Assembly (NCBI RefSeq): GCF_035084215.1
Contig: NC_090352.1
Span: 38,440,001-38,504,000 of the forward strand
Length of the DNA stretch: 64,000 bases
DNA from: Heptranchias perlo
Lineage: Eukaryota
Direction: 5' to 3'
Shown: piece by piece, positions 1 through 12,900 of the stretch
Layout: each line of letters opens with the position of its first letter
Position numbering within the stretch: the first letter of the stretch is position 1
Notes under the pieces: model-generated
What the model was told of the DNA's origin: nothing
The model's input: only the letters and a program-made list of their open reading frames with translations
Database searches by the model: none
Made by a program: the position numbers and the translations under genes

Positions 1-850
1 CCCCCTCCTCAAAAAAAAAACACCCTTGATCCCTCTGTCCTTGCAAACTACCGCCCCATCTCCAACCTCCCTTTCCTCTCCGAACGTGTTATCGCCTCCC
101 AAATCCGTGCCCACCTGTCCTGCAACTCCATGTTTGAATGCCATGGAACAGTTACCTGCGTTAAAGGCGCTATATAAATGCAAGTAGTTTTTCCAAATCC
201 CCCCCCTCACCCTTTGGAAGCAAACTCCATTAAACAGCCGCTCGCCCCAAAACTCTCAAAGATTTTAACCGAAAGAAGAAGGGAACAGGAGGAGGCCATT
301 CAGCCCCTCGAGCTAGTTCCGCCATTCAATCAGATAATGGCTGATCCGAATCTTAACTCCATCTACCCGCCTTGGTTCCATAACCCTTAATACCCTCACC
401 CAACAAAAATCTATCAATCTCAGTTCTGAAATTTTCAATTGACCCCCAGACCCCACCCCAGACACACTTTTAAACTAAACACTTCCGCTATTTCACACAA
501 CAACTTGCATTTATATAGCGCCTTTAACGTAGTAAAATGTCCCAAGGCGCTTCACAGGAGCGATTATCAAACAAAATTTGACACCAAGCCACATGAGGAG
601 ATATTAGGACAGGTGACCAAAAGCTTGGTCAAAGAGATAGGTTTTAACGAGCGTCTTAAAAGGAGGAGAGAGAGGCGGAGAGGTTTAGGGAGGGAATTCC
701 AGAGCTTAGGGCCGAGGTAGCTGAAGAGAGAGAGACACACACACACACAAACTAAGGAGGGTGAAGATCATTTGATCCCTGTCAGCTCACCCCCACTCAG
801 CTCCAGACATTACAACAGCTCCAGATGAGCTCCTGCTCCTCTGTCTTTAC

Positions 851-939
851 CTTGCCAGTGACCAGAGCGTAGAGGAGGATGCCAAGGGACCACCAGTCAG
901 CTGAATGATTGTAGGGCCTGCCACCCAACACTTCAGGAG
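851..939 (-). CDS. RSKR: RSKR exon 10 (APE and DWWSLG motifs)
   Basis: cag|CT CCT GAA GTG...GGC AAG|gtaaag; (A)[29 protein letters not shown]. Confidence 0.93.
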
Positions 940-3900
940 CTGTGAACAGCAACAGGTCAAATGTGAAGAGAGACTCGTGTACAGGTTACAGATAAAGCAC
1001 TGAGCAGAGACCCACAGCCACGCAGTGAAAGGTTCTCCCAGCATCTGGATAAAGTTCAGTCAAAAATACAGACCCCTCCCACCCGTCACAAAATACAGCC
1101 CCCTCCCCCCCGTCACAAAATACAGCCCCCCCGTCACAAAATACAGCCCCCCCCCGTCACAAAATACAGCCCCCTCCCCCCCCCGTCACAAAATACAGCC
1201 CCCCCGTCACAAAATACAGCCCCCCCCCGTCACAAAATACAGCCCCCCCGTCACAAAATACAACTCTCCCCCCCCCCGTCACAAAATACAGCCCCCCCCC
1301 CCGTCACAAAATACAGCCCCCCCCGTCACAAAATACAGCCCCCCCCGTCACAAAATACAGCCCCCCCCCCGTCACAAAATACAGCCCCCCCCCGTCACAA
1401 AATACAGCCCCCCCCCCCCCGTCACAAAATACAGCCCCCCCGTCACAAAATACAGCCCCCCCCCCGTCACAAAATACAGCCCCCCCCCGTCACAAAATAC
1501 AGCCCCCCCCGTCACAAAATACAGCCCCCCCCCCCGTCACAAAATACAGCCTCACCCCCCGTCACAAAATACAGCCCCCCCCCCCGTCACAAAATACAGC
1601 CTCACCCCCCCGTCACAAAATACAGCCCCCCCCCGTCACAAAATACAGCCTCACCCCCCGTCACAAAATACAGCCCCCTCCCCCCCCGTCACAAAATACA
1701 GCCCCCCCCCCGTCACAAAATACAGCCTCACCCCCCCGTCACAAAATACAGCCCCCCCCCCGTCACAAAATACAGCCTCACCCCCCCGTCACAAAATACA
1801 GCCCCCCCCCGTCACAAAATACAGCCTCACCCCCCGTCACAAAATACAGCCTCACCCCCCGTCACAAAATACAGCACCCCCCCCGTCACAAAATACAGCC
1901 TCACCCCCCCGTCACAAAATACAGCCTCACCCCCCGTCACAAAATACAGCCTCACCCCCCGTCACAAAATACAGCCTCACCCCCCCGTCACAAAATACAG
2001 CCCCCCCCCGTCACAAAATACAGCCTCACCCCCCGTCACAAAATACAGCCCCCTCCCCCCCCGTCACAAAATACAGCCCCCCCCCCGTCACAAAATACAG
2101 CCTCACCCCCCCGTCACAAAATACAGCCCCCCCCCGTCACAAAATACAGCCTCACCCCCCCGTCACAAAATACAGCCCCCCCCCGTCACAAAATACAGCC
2201 TCACCCCCCGTCACAAAATACAGCCTCACCCCCCGTCACAAAATACAGCACCCCCCCCGTCACAAAATACAGCCTCACCCCCCCGTCACAAAATACAGCC
2301 TCACCCCCCGTCACAAAATACAGCCTCACCCCCCGTCACAAAATACAGCACCCCCCCGTCACAAAATACAGCCCCCCCCCCGTCACAAAATACAGCCCCC
2401 CCCCCATCACAAAATACAGCCCCCCCCCCGTCACAAAATACAGCCCCCCCCCCGTCACAAAATACAGCCCCCCCCCCCGTCACAAAATACAGCCCCCCCC
2501 CCGTCACAAAATACAGCCCCCCCCCGTCACAAAATACAGCCCCCCCCCCGTCACAAAATACAGCCCCCCCCCGTCACAAAATACAGCCCCCCCCCGTCAC
2601 AAAATACAGCCCCCCCCCCGTCACAAAATACAGCCCCCCCGTCACAAAATACAGCCCCCTCCCCCCCGTCACAAAATACAGCCTCACCCCCCCGCCGTCA
2701 CACACACCTTGCATTGCTACCGATCCCCGCGCTCTGTTTGGAGTTTCCGGTTTGCATCCCTATCTTTCTTATCCTCTGATCCCAGTCCTTGATCACATTT
2801 CCCAGTGGCCGCACCCCCCACGCCCCGCGATCTTACCCATGTACTGCATGGTTCCACAGATAGTGCACGCCCTCTCTCCCCGGCACAGTCTACGCGACAA
2901 ACCAAAATCCGTCAACTTCAGGTGGCCTGAGACAGAGAGAGGCAAGTGTTGTACTTTGTTGCTTAACAGTACTTAGTACTTACAGCGAGTAACACATTAC
3001 AGTGCACGCTGCTCAGTGGCAGCACCTGTCCAGGACAGCCAGTAACACATCTGGAATGCGCTGTCTAAAAGGGTGGTGGAAGCAGATTCAATCGTGACTT
3101 TCAAAAGGGAATCGGATAAATACTTGAAAGGAAAAAATTTGCAGGGCTATGGGGAAAGAGTAGGAGAGTGGGACTAATTGGATCGCTCTTTCAAAGAGCC
3201 AGCACAGGTACGATGGGCTGAATGGCCTCCTTCGGTGCTATGATCACAGTGCACACTGCTCAGTAACAGCACTTGTCCATTAGACAGTAACGTATTACAG
3301 TACATGGTCCTCAGTGATGGTGCTCACCCATTCCAACCTAGAAACCCATTACACAGCCCGTACAGAACACAGTGTGAATCCCACCTGCCAACTCCTGCTC
3401 ACCTCGTTCATTCAGAAGAACGTTCTCCATCTGAAAAAGTCAAAGTTCAAAATTTAACAGCTGATCCTTAAAGGTGAAGAGAGATTACCAGCTGGTCCCA
3501 GACTGGGCACGGTGCAGTGACTCTTCAGTGGCACAGTCTCCGACTTCAGCTCATTCCCAGCACCTCAGGACCGTGAAGCTCCTGAGTCTCCCCCCAACCC
3601 CAACCCCCTCCTACAATCCACAGGCCATTAAACCCCAACCTCAGCCTGGCCCGATACCTGCCACTCGATTTATCCCCTCCCTCCAGCCTTCAGTGACTCC
3701 CTGCATCGTTGGCCTCAGCACCCCCACCCCACATGTAGTGACCCCATCGTTGGCCTGGCCCCCCCACCCCGCATGTAGTGACCCCATTGTTGGTCTCGGC
3801 CCCCCCACCCCGCATGTAGTGACCCCATCGTTGGCCTCACCCCCCACCCCGCATGTAGTGACCCCATCGTTGGCCTCACCCCCCCACCCCGCATGTAGTG

Positions 3901-6900
3901 ACCCCATCGTTGGCCTCACCCCCCCACCCCGCATGTAGTGACCCCATCGTTGGCCTCACCCCCCCACCCCGCATGTAGTGACCCCATCGTTGGCCTCACC
4001 CCCCCACCCCGCATGTAGTGACCCCATCGTTGGTCTCGGCCCCCCCACCCCGCATGTAGTGACCCCATCGTTGGCCTTGGCCCCCCCACCCCGCATGTAG
4101 TGACCCCAGGCAGGGCGGAGTGAGCTCCTACCTTCACGTCCCGATGAACCACTCCAAAATCATGGAGGAAACCTGAAGACAAAATAGAGTCCGATATAAA
4201 CAGAGGCACCGCCGAGCCACACAAGAAAAAAAGACTTGCATTTCTATCGTGCTTTTCACGACCTCAGGACGTCCCGAAGCATTTTACAGCCAATGAGGTA
4301 CTTTTGAAGTGTGATAATGGAGGAAACGCAGCAGCCAATTTGCGCACAGCAAGATCCCACAAACAGCAAAGTGACAATCTGTTTTTAGTGCTGTTGGTTG
4401 AGGGATAAATATTAGCCAGGACTCTCCTGACGTGTTTCATTCCCTCAGTCGGTCACCTGCACTCAGGGGCCGGGGGAACAAGCACGGAAAAACCACAGCC
4501 CACCGGGGAGAACTCCCCTTCTCTTCTTCCAATAGTGGCCAGAGGATCTTTTACATCCACCTGAGGGGGCAGACGGGACCTCGGTTTAAAGTCTCCTCCG
4601 ATAGACGGCTCCTCCGACAGTGCAGCACTCCCTCGGTACTGCACTGGAGAGCGTCGGCCTGGATTGTGGGCTTGAGTCTCTGGAGCGGGGACTGTCGCAT
4701 CAAACGCCCCCCACCCCGCCCAACCTCCGACACCTGCGCACTCACCGATGGCGGAGCCCAGCTCGGCTGCAAACACTCGCACTCTGCCCTCGTCGAACGG
4801 CCCGCAGGCAGACCACAGCACGAAGAGGTCTCCGGAGCAGTGGTAATCGCACACTGCAGTCAGGAACACAGAACGAAAAGACAGTCACCGAGAGCGAGCA
4901 GGGGCAAGGGGGCAGACATTTTGGGAGCAGGACGGGGCTGAAATCTCACAGCAAGAAACTGCCCCTTCGTCCCTGTTTATATTTCGTAGTGGGTTGAAAG
5001 GTCAAAGCAGTGACCTTTCGTAGTGGGTTGAAAGGTCGGAGCAAGTGCAGGCTGCAAGATCAGCTGTAATTTTGGCCCCAGGCCCTGAAGATATTTCCTT
5101 GCTAAGATTTTGCAGAATGTTTCTCCCCCCCCCTCTCCCTCCCCTGAAGGTGCGCTCATTCTGGGTACAGCTCCCTGGGACCCGGGCTGCTTTCTGTACC
5201 TCGCCCAGTGACATCCCTGTGCTTGGTGATGGTGGTGGGTGCTATTTAACTATAGGGGGCATCGCAACCCCGCCCCGCCCCACCCTCTCCTCGCTCCGCA
5301 TCCACATTCCAGAAGGGGAGGGGTGGGGGGGTCACTGGGTATCGAACAGGAGCCCGACCCCTGGTCGATTTCCCCTCCCTAGCCCAGGGGCACTGAAGCC
5401 AATTGGAGGGCCCTAATCTACACAGAATTATAGAATGTACAGCACAGAAACAGGCCATTCGGCCCAACGGGTCTATGCCGGTGTTTATGCTCCACATGAG
5501 CCTCCCTCCCTCCCTCCTTCATCTCACCCTATCAGCATATCCTTCTATTCCTTTTCTCCCTCATGTGTTTATCCAGCTTCCCCTTAAATGCATAGATTTT
5601 GTGCTCAAGTGGGAATTGAACCCACAAACGAATGACTCAGAGGCGAGAGTGCGGCCCACTGAGCGCGGAGACAGGGAGGGTCGGGATCTTGCTGCTCTGT
5701 ACGGCTCATCTGTTCAGTAGATAATCCAGCTGAGTCAGGGATCGGGGACTTGGGGGGTGGGGGGGAATTACCTCATGAAAGATATTAAGACAGTGAGAAG
5801 AGCTCTCTCCCTGTGGGCAGGTGTCTGGCTGGTGAGGGTGGGAGAGGGAGCGAATAATCAATTGATCAGGAGTTCATCTCATCCTGTTTGTGACCGACCT
5901 CAATGATTCTAAAAAATCATCGTCCCAGAAAGTATTCATTCTGCTCAGTGCCAACTGGTGCCTGGCACTGGGGAGGGGGGGGTGAACGGGTACTGAGAGC
6001 GTGTGGCAGAGCTGATCAGCGCCAACCTGGCACTGGGGAGGGGGAGGGGTCTCAAATGGCATGAGGAAGAGAGATTAAATATTCCAACAGCCCCCCCACC
6101 CCGCCACAGATCCAGGGAGAATGGTCTGCGTCGACAACTGTGTAATCCCACCTTTTTTTTTTAAACTTCTAATTTATTTAACCCCGATTTGTGGCGAATC
6201 TGGACCAGGATTTTCTGCAGAAGCTCTCGCTGCTTCTTACAGAAGACAGGCTCCTACTTTGCAGAAGGATATACCGCAGTACCCAGTGCAAAGTGAGGGC
6301 TGGGGTTCTCCACTGACATTCCACACACCCACACACACAGACACAAAGGATAATTCCACCGCCCTCGTCACTGTGGATAAGCTTCAGTGCAGGGATTCTG
6401 AGTTCCTCCCCTCAAGAGCACCAAAAATAGGAGCGGGAGTCGGCCATTCGGCCCCTCGAGCCTGCTCCGCCGTTCAATAAAATCATGGCTGATCTTCGAC
6501 CTCAACTCCACTTTCCTGCCTAATCCCCATATCCCTTGATTACCCCAGAGTCCAAATCGATTCATCTCAGCCTTGAATATATTCAGTGTCTGAGCATCCA
6601 CAGCCCTCTGGGGTGGAGAATTCCAAAGAGTCACAACCCCCCCCGAGTGAAGAAATTTTTCCTCATCTCGGTCCTAAATGGCCGACCCTTTATCCTGAGA
6701 TTATGCCCCCTAGTTCTAGACCCTCCAGCTTTCTCACCTGTTGTCGCTGACTCTTACTGGGGATGGTGTCCTCTGGTTAATGACCCTCCAGCCAGTGGAA
6801 ACTGTTTCTCCTTATTTACTCTATCAAAACCCCTCATGATTTTGAACGCCTCAATTAAATCTCTCCTTAACCTTCTCTGCTCTAAGGAGAACAATCCCAG

Positions 6901-9900
6901 CTTATCATAGAATGATACAGCACAGGAGGCCGCCATTTGGCCCATCTTTGAAAGAGCTGTCCAATTAGTCCCATTCCCCCTGCTCTTTCCCCATAGCCCT
7001 GCAAATTTTTCCTTTTTCAAGTATTTATCCAATTCCTTTCTGAAAGTCACTATTGAAGCCGCTTCTACTGCCCTTCCAGGCAGTACATTCCCGATCATCA
7101 CAACTCGCTGGGGTAAAAAAAAATTCTCATCTCCCCCCTGGATTTTTCTCCAGTCTCTCCACATAACTGAAGTCCCTCCTCCCTGGTATCGTTCTGTTAA
7201 ATCTCCTCTCCTGGCGTTCTTAACTTAAAATACCCAAGCACTAAAGTCTGTTGGTTTGCACTGCTCAGGCCCCTCTCACCGGTCATCCTCCGCGAACAGA
7301 CCCTGTCAGAGAGTTTTCACAATATCCACAGTGGCGTCAGTGAGAGCGGGCTGTCATCCTTTGAAGACTAATTGTGCAAACTGGTAGAAACAACAGGGGC
7401 TCTACAGTAGGACACACTATTCTATGGGTCAGAAGCTCATAGACACACAGAGCAAAAACACACTTGCACCGAGTAAGAAATCGCCGGCACGTCCGTGAAC
7501 TCACTAATAAAAAGCAGCCGTGAAGTCTGCCAACATTCCCGTAAACTCTGCACGAACGGATGGTGGACCTGCTTCTGGGAAGGAGAACGAAAGAAGAAAG
7601 CATTTCCACAAACTGCTCCCAAGGTACGGGGGGAGGGGAGAGCGGGAGGGATGGGGAGGGCGGGAGGGGAACCAAGCTAATGTGTCAGCTGGGTCTGGGG
7701 AGGGGGGGGTCGGGTTGGAGGTAAACAGGGATCATAGGAACAGGGGGAGGCCATTCAGCCCCTCAAACCTGTTCTGCCATTCAATCAGATCACGGCTGAT
7801 CTGTTCCTCAACTCCATTTACACCCCTGTGCTCCGTATCCCTCGATGCCCTTACCCAACAAATCTATCGATCTCAGTTTTGAAAGCTCCAACTGACCCCC
7901 AGCATCCACAGCATTTTTGGGGGAGAGAGTTCCAGATTCCCACTCCCCTTTGTGTGAAGAAGTGCTTCCTGACATCACCCCTGAACAGCCTGGCTCTAAT
8001 TTTAAGGTTATGCCCCCTTGTTCTGGACTCCCCCCACCAGAGGAAATAGTTTCTCCTCATCAAATCCTTTTATCGGGGTGGGGGGGGGGGTTGGGGGAGA
8101 CGAGAGGAGAGGAGGAGGAGGGAGAGCGAGAAAGAACATAAGGAATAGGAGCCGTGCGCCATTCGGCCCCTCGAGCCTGCTCCGCCGTTCAATCAGAGCA
8201 TGGCTGATCTTCGACCTCAACTCCACTCTCCCGCCCGATCCCCATATCCCTCGAATCGGCGGCAGCGAAGAGGCCTCGCGGCGGGTTAATTACCTGAATG
8301 ACGGCTCCATCTTTACACTGCTGGAGGATTCCATGTCGCACAACCTCCGCTTTCAGCAGGACCTGTAGGGCGAGCAACAGATACAATCAGAGCCTGCGAG
8401 GGCGGCCGCGATGGTGGGAGATCAATGAATCAATCGCACAGGAAGAGAACCAGACAGCGTGTTCCGATTGGGAGCAAATTACTGTTGAAAGAAGGTTGGC
8501 GGGTGCTTGTAAATTCCAGCTGCAGGTCGGGCAAAAACCAGCATGAAATAACTGGCTTTTTTTTTTACTTCTCATTGTTTGAGACGGGACATCTGAAGAG
8601 CGATGGGCTCGAAACTTAACAGATGTGTCCACTCGAACCTTTAACACCCAGCCGTACGTTCATAGATACTGTCCTTCCAAACTTGGGTCGTGTTTTGGGA
8701 AGAGCCTAGCACGTGGGTAAAGTACCAGCAGGCAGAAGATCTCACGCTGGTGGTGGCAGCGGAGAGAACAAACAGAGACTGTAAATTAAAAGCAGCACAG
8801 GATCGCACATAAAGGCAATCGGACTCTGAGCTCAGCAAGATATTTCTAGAGCGAGTTTACATCGAATTTACAGCACAGAAACAGGCCATTCGGCCCAACA
8901 ATGCCGGTGTTTATGCTCCACTCGAGCCTCCTCCCTCCCTACTTCATCTCACCCTATCAGCATATCCTTCTATTCCTTTCTCCCTCGTGTGTTTATCTAG
9001 TTTCCCCTTAAATGTATCTACACTATTCACCTCAACTACTCCTTGTGGGAGTGAGTTCCACATTCTCACACTCTCTGGGTAAAGAAGTTTCTCCTGAATT
9101 CCCTATTGGATTTATTAGTGACTATCTTATATTATGGCCTCTCGTTCTGGTCTCCCCCACAAGTGGGAACATCTTCTCTACGTCTACCCTATCAAACCCT
9201 TTCATAATCATAAAAACCTCTGTCAGGTCACCCCTCAGTCTTCTTTTTACTCGAGAAGAGCCCCAGCCTGGTCAGCCTTTCCTGATAGTTATAACCTCTC
9301 AGTTCTGGTATCCTCCTAGTGAATCTATTTTGCACCTTCTCCAGTGCCTCTGTATCCTTTTTGTAATATGGAGACCAGAATCGTACACAGTACTCCCAGT
9401 GTGGTCTAACCAAGGTTCGATACAAGTTTATCATAACTTCTCTGCTTTTCAATTCTATTCCTCCAGTACGTTGCACGTTTTAATGGCTTTGTTAACCTGT
9501 GTCACTACTTACCTTTACAGCATAGATCTGCTCATCAGTCCTTTGACAGACTTTCAGAATTGGTCCAAAGGAGCCTTTTGCAATGAATTCGATGTCCTAA
9601 ACAGGGAAAAGCACAGGCAGCAGTCCATGACCAGGAGTAATTTGAGACATGACATTTGATGAGTGTAGGAGGCTCGGGAGGAACAGGTGACTTTGGACCT
9701 GTGGTTCCCAAAGCTCTCCCCCACTGGGGGTTTTCCTCACCTCATGTCTGGGTCTGTTGGGAAACTAATTGATAGAGATTGATTGCTGTGATTAGTCAAC
9801 AACTCCATTATCATTGTACGATGCGATTACCAGGACAGTAGAAGGCAAACTAGACGGACCCTGGTCTTTTCTTGTCCAGCATTCCTATGTTCCTAATGTT

Positions 9901-12900
9901 GCACAACACTCCTCAGCGGCAGGGACTCGGCACTGCAGGGGCTCCGCGAGGCTTCATCCAGAGCTCAGAACACCAAAAAGGCACCAACACCACAACTGAT
10001 AATCCACAGGTGTGAATGTTATCAAACATCACTGGGTATGCTGCAGCAAGTGGCTCACCTCCTGACTCCCCAAAGCCTCTTCACCATCTACAAGACAGGA
10101 GTGTGATGGAATACTCTCCACTTGCCTGGACGAGTGCAGCTCCAACAACACTCAAAAGCTCGACACCATCCAGGACAAAGCAGCCCGCTTGATTGGCACC
10201 CCATCCACCACCCTAAACATTCACTCCCTTCACCACCGGCGCACTGCGGCTGCAGTGTGTACCATCCACAGGATGCACTGCAGCAACTCGCCAAGGCTTC
10301 TTCGACAGCATTTTAATTAAGAGTATTTACGGGGGTGGCGGGGGGGAAAAGAGAGGGAAAACACTGGTCGGACACTGGCCTTTCACCTCTGGGCCCAGAT
10401 CGAAATCCAACAGTCTGGAAAAAGGTCACAGGGTTGCAGTGGGGGGTTTCGCCTCATTGTGTTAGGGATGTATTTTCGGGGCAATTGTCTTCATTGAAAG
10501 TGTACCAATCGTACTTACGGACATAACAACTTGCATTTATACATCACCTTTAAGATAGTAAAACATCCCAAGAAACTTTACAGGAGCTTAAGAGAAAAAT
10601 TGACACCGAGCCACATAAGGAGATATTAAGACACACGAACATATGAATTAAGAGCAGGAGTAGGCCATTCGGCCCCTCGAGCCTGCTCTGCCATTTGATA
10701 AGATCATGGCTGATCTGATTGTGACCTCAACCCTACTTTCCCGTCTACCTACTATAACCTTTGACTCCCTTGTTAATCAGGAATCTATCTAACTCAGCCT
10801 TAAAAATATTCAATGACCCTGCCTCCACCACTCTCTGGGGAAGTTCCACAGATTCACGACACTCAGGAAAAAATTCTCCTCATTTCTGTCTTAAATGGGA
10901 GACCCCTTATTTTTAAACTGTGGCCCCTAGTTCTAGTCTCTCCCACAAGGGGAAACATCCTCTCAGCATCTACCCCTTCTAGTCCCCTCAGGATCTTATC
11001 TGTTCATTCTTCTAAACTCCAATGTATACAGGCCCAACTTGTCCAACCTTTCCTCATAAGATAACCCCCTCATCCCAGGAATCAGTCGAGTGAACCTTCT
11101 CTGAACCGCCTCCAAAGCAATTCTGCCCTTTCTTAAATAAGGAGACCAAAACTGCACACAGTATTCTCGATGTGGTCTCACCAATGCCCTGTACAACTGT
11201 AGCAAAACATCTCCACTTTTATATTCCATTCCCCTTGCAATAAATGACAATATTCCATTTGCCTTCCTAATCACTTGCTGTAACTGCATACTAACTTTTT
11301 GTGATTCATGTACTAGGACACCCAGATCCCTCTGTACCTCAGAGTTCTGCAATCTCTCTCTATTTAAATAATAAACTGCTTTTCTATTCCTCCTGCCAAA
11401 GTGGACATGTTCATATTTTCCCACATTATACTCCATCTGCCAAATTTTTGCCCACTCACTTAACCTATCTATATCCCTTTGCAGACTCTACGTCCTCTTC
11501 ACAACTTACTTTCCTACCTATCTTTGTGTCATCAGCAAATTTAGCAACCATACATTCGGTCCCTTCACCCAAGTCATTGATATAGATTGTAAATAGTAGA
11601 GGCCCCAGCACTGACCCCTGAGGCACTCCACTCGTTACATCTTGCCAACCTGAAAATGACCCATTTATGCCTACTCTCTGTTTCCTGTTAGCTAACCGAT
11701 CCTTTATCCATGGTAATATGTTACCCCCGACACCATGAGCTCTTATTTTGTGTGGTAGCCTTTGAGGTGGCACCTTGTCAAAAGCCTGGTCAAAGACAGG
11801 TGACCAAAAGCTTGGTCAAAGAGATAGGTTTTGAGGGGCATCTTCACGGAGGAGAGAGAGGCGGAGAGGTTTAGGGAGGGAATTCCAGAGCCTAGGGCCT
11901 AGACGGCTAAAGGCACGGCCGCCAATGGTGGGACCTCGATGTAACATGCTTTTACAGGAAGTGCGTGCTAGCCCTAAGACTTTTTGTACGATATTGGTAG
12001 TTGCCGACAGTCAATTGATGAATTTAAGGGTTTTTTATTTGGTACACAAAATGGCAATGGAGGCAGATTAACTTCAGAAGCTCACAACACCACGCCACCG
12101 AGTGGCCAGAGCTTGCAACTACACCGTGACAGTTTACATAGAAAAATTAAATGGGAAATGTCAACTTAGGAATTTACAATGATAAATGACCGAGAAGAGG
12201 GACCAACAATCAGGACAAAAAGTAAGGGTTTGTGCCCTATGCAATTTTGTTTTAATAGAGATACAGAAAGATGTAGAGATAGAGGAACATTTTCAAAAAA
12301 AAAGGGGGGCATATTTAGACCAATAAAATCCCCTTTAAACATTGTTATGAAACTATAACAGAAGCTGAGTGGGAGGGTTGATAGCTTCACTATAAGGTAC
12401 CTGGAATTCCTGGTCGACAGGCTGCGATCGATAGGGGAACACTGGAAAGAAGAGAGAGATAAAGCGTGGGAAGGGCCACTCTGTGCTTCCAGTGGTGTTG
12501 GACTTGGCTCGCTCCTGTTCAGGAACGCTCTTCCGGGCAGTTTGGAACACCCCCAAGGTATACCGGCTGGAGAGGGAGCTCCTCCATTTAGAGATGGACA
12601 CCCACCTCCTTGTGGGGTTACCTCCCTACAGAAAGGGACAGGAGAGAAGCAACGATAAAGGGAGTCAGGGGAAAGAACAGGCCGTGTGGCCCAACAGCAG
12701 CCGATCCCTCGCCAAAATAACATTCACCGGCCGAGTGCAGCCCCTCTTTGTGGTTAGAGCTTTCGAGCAGTTTAAGATAACCTGCTCCTTGGGCTTAATC
12801 CGGGGGGATATGGAGGTCAGCAGGGGGGGGGGGATATGGAGGTCAGCGGGGGGGGGGGGGGGATATGGAGGTCAGCAGGGGGGGGGGGATATGGAGGTCA

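Noticed and set aside
1025-2779. 584-aa extensin-like Pro-rich ORF
   Set aside because: Translation of a stop-free minisatellite with variable poly-C tracts, antisense within an RSKR intron.
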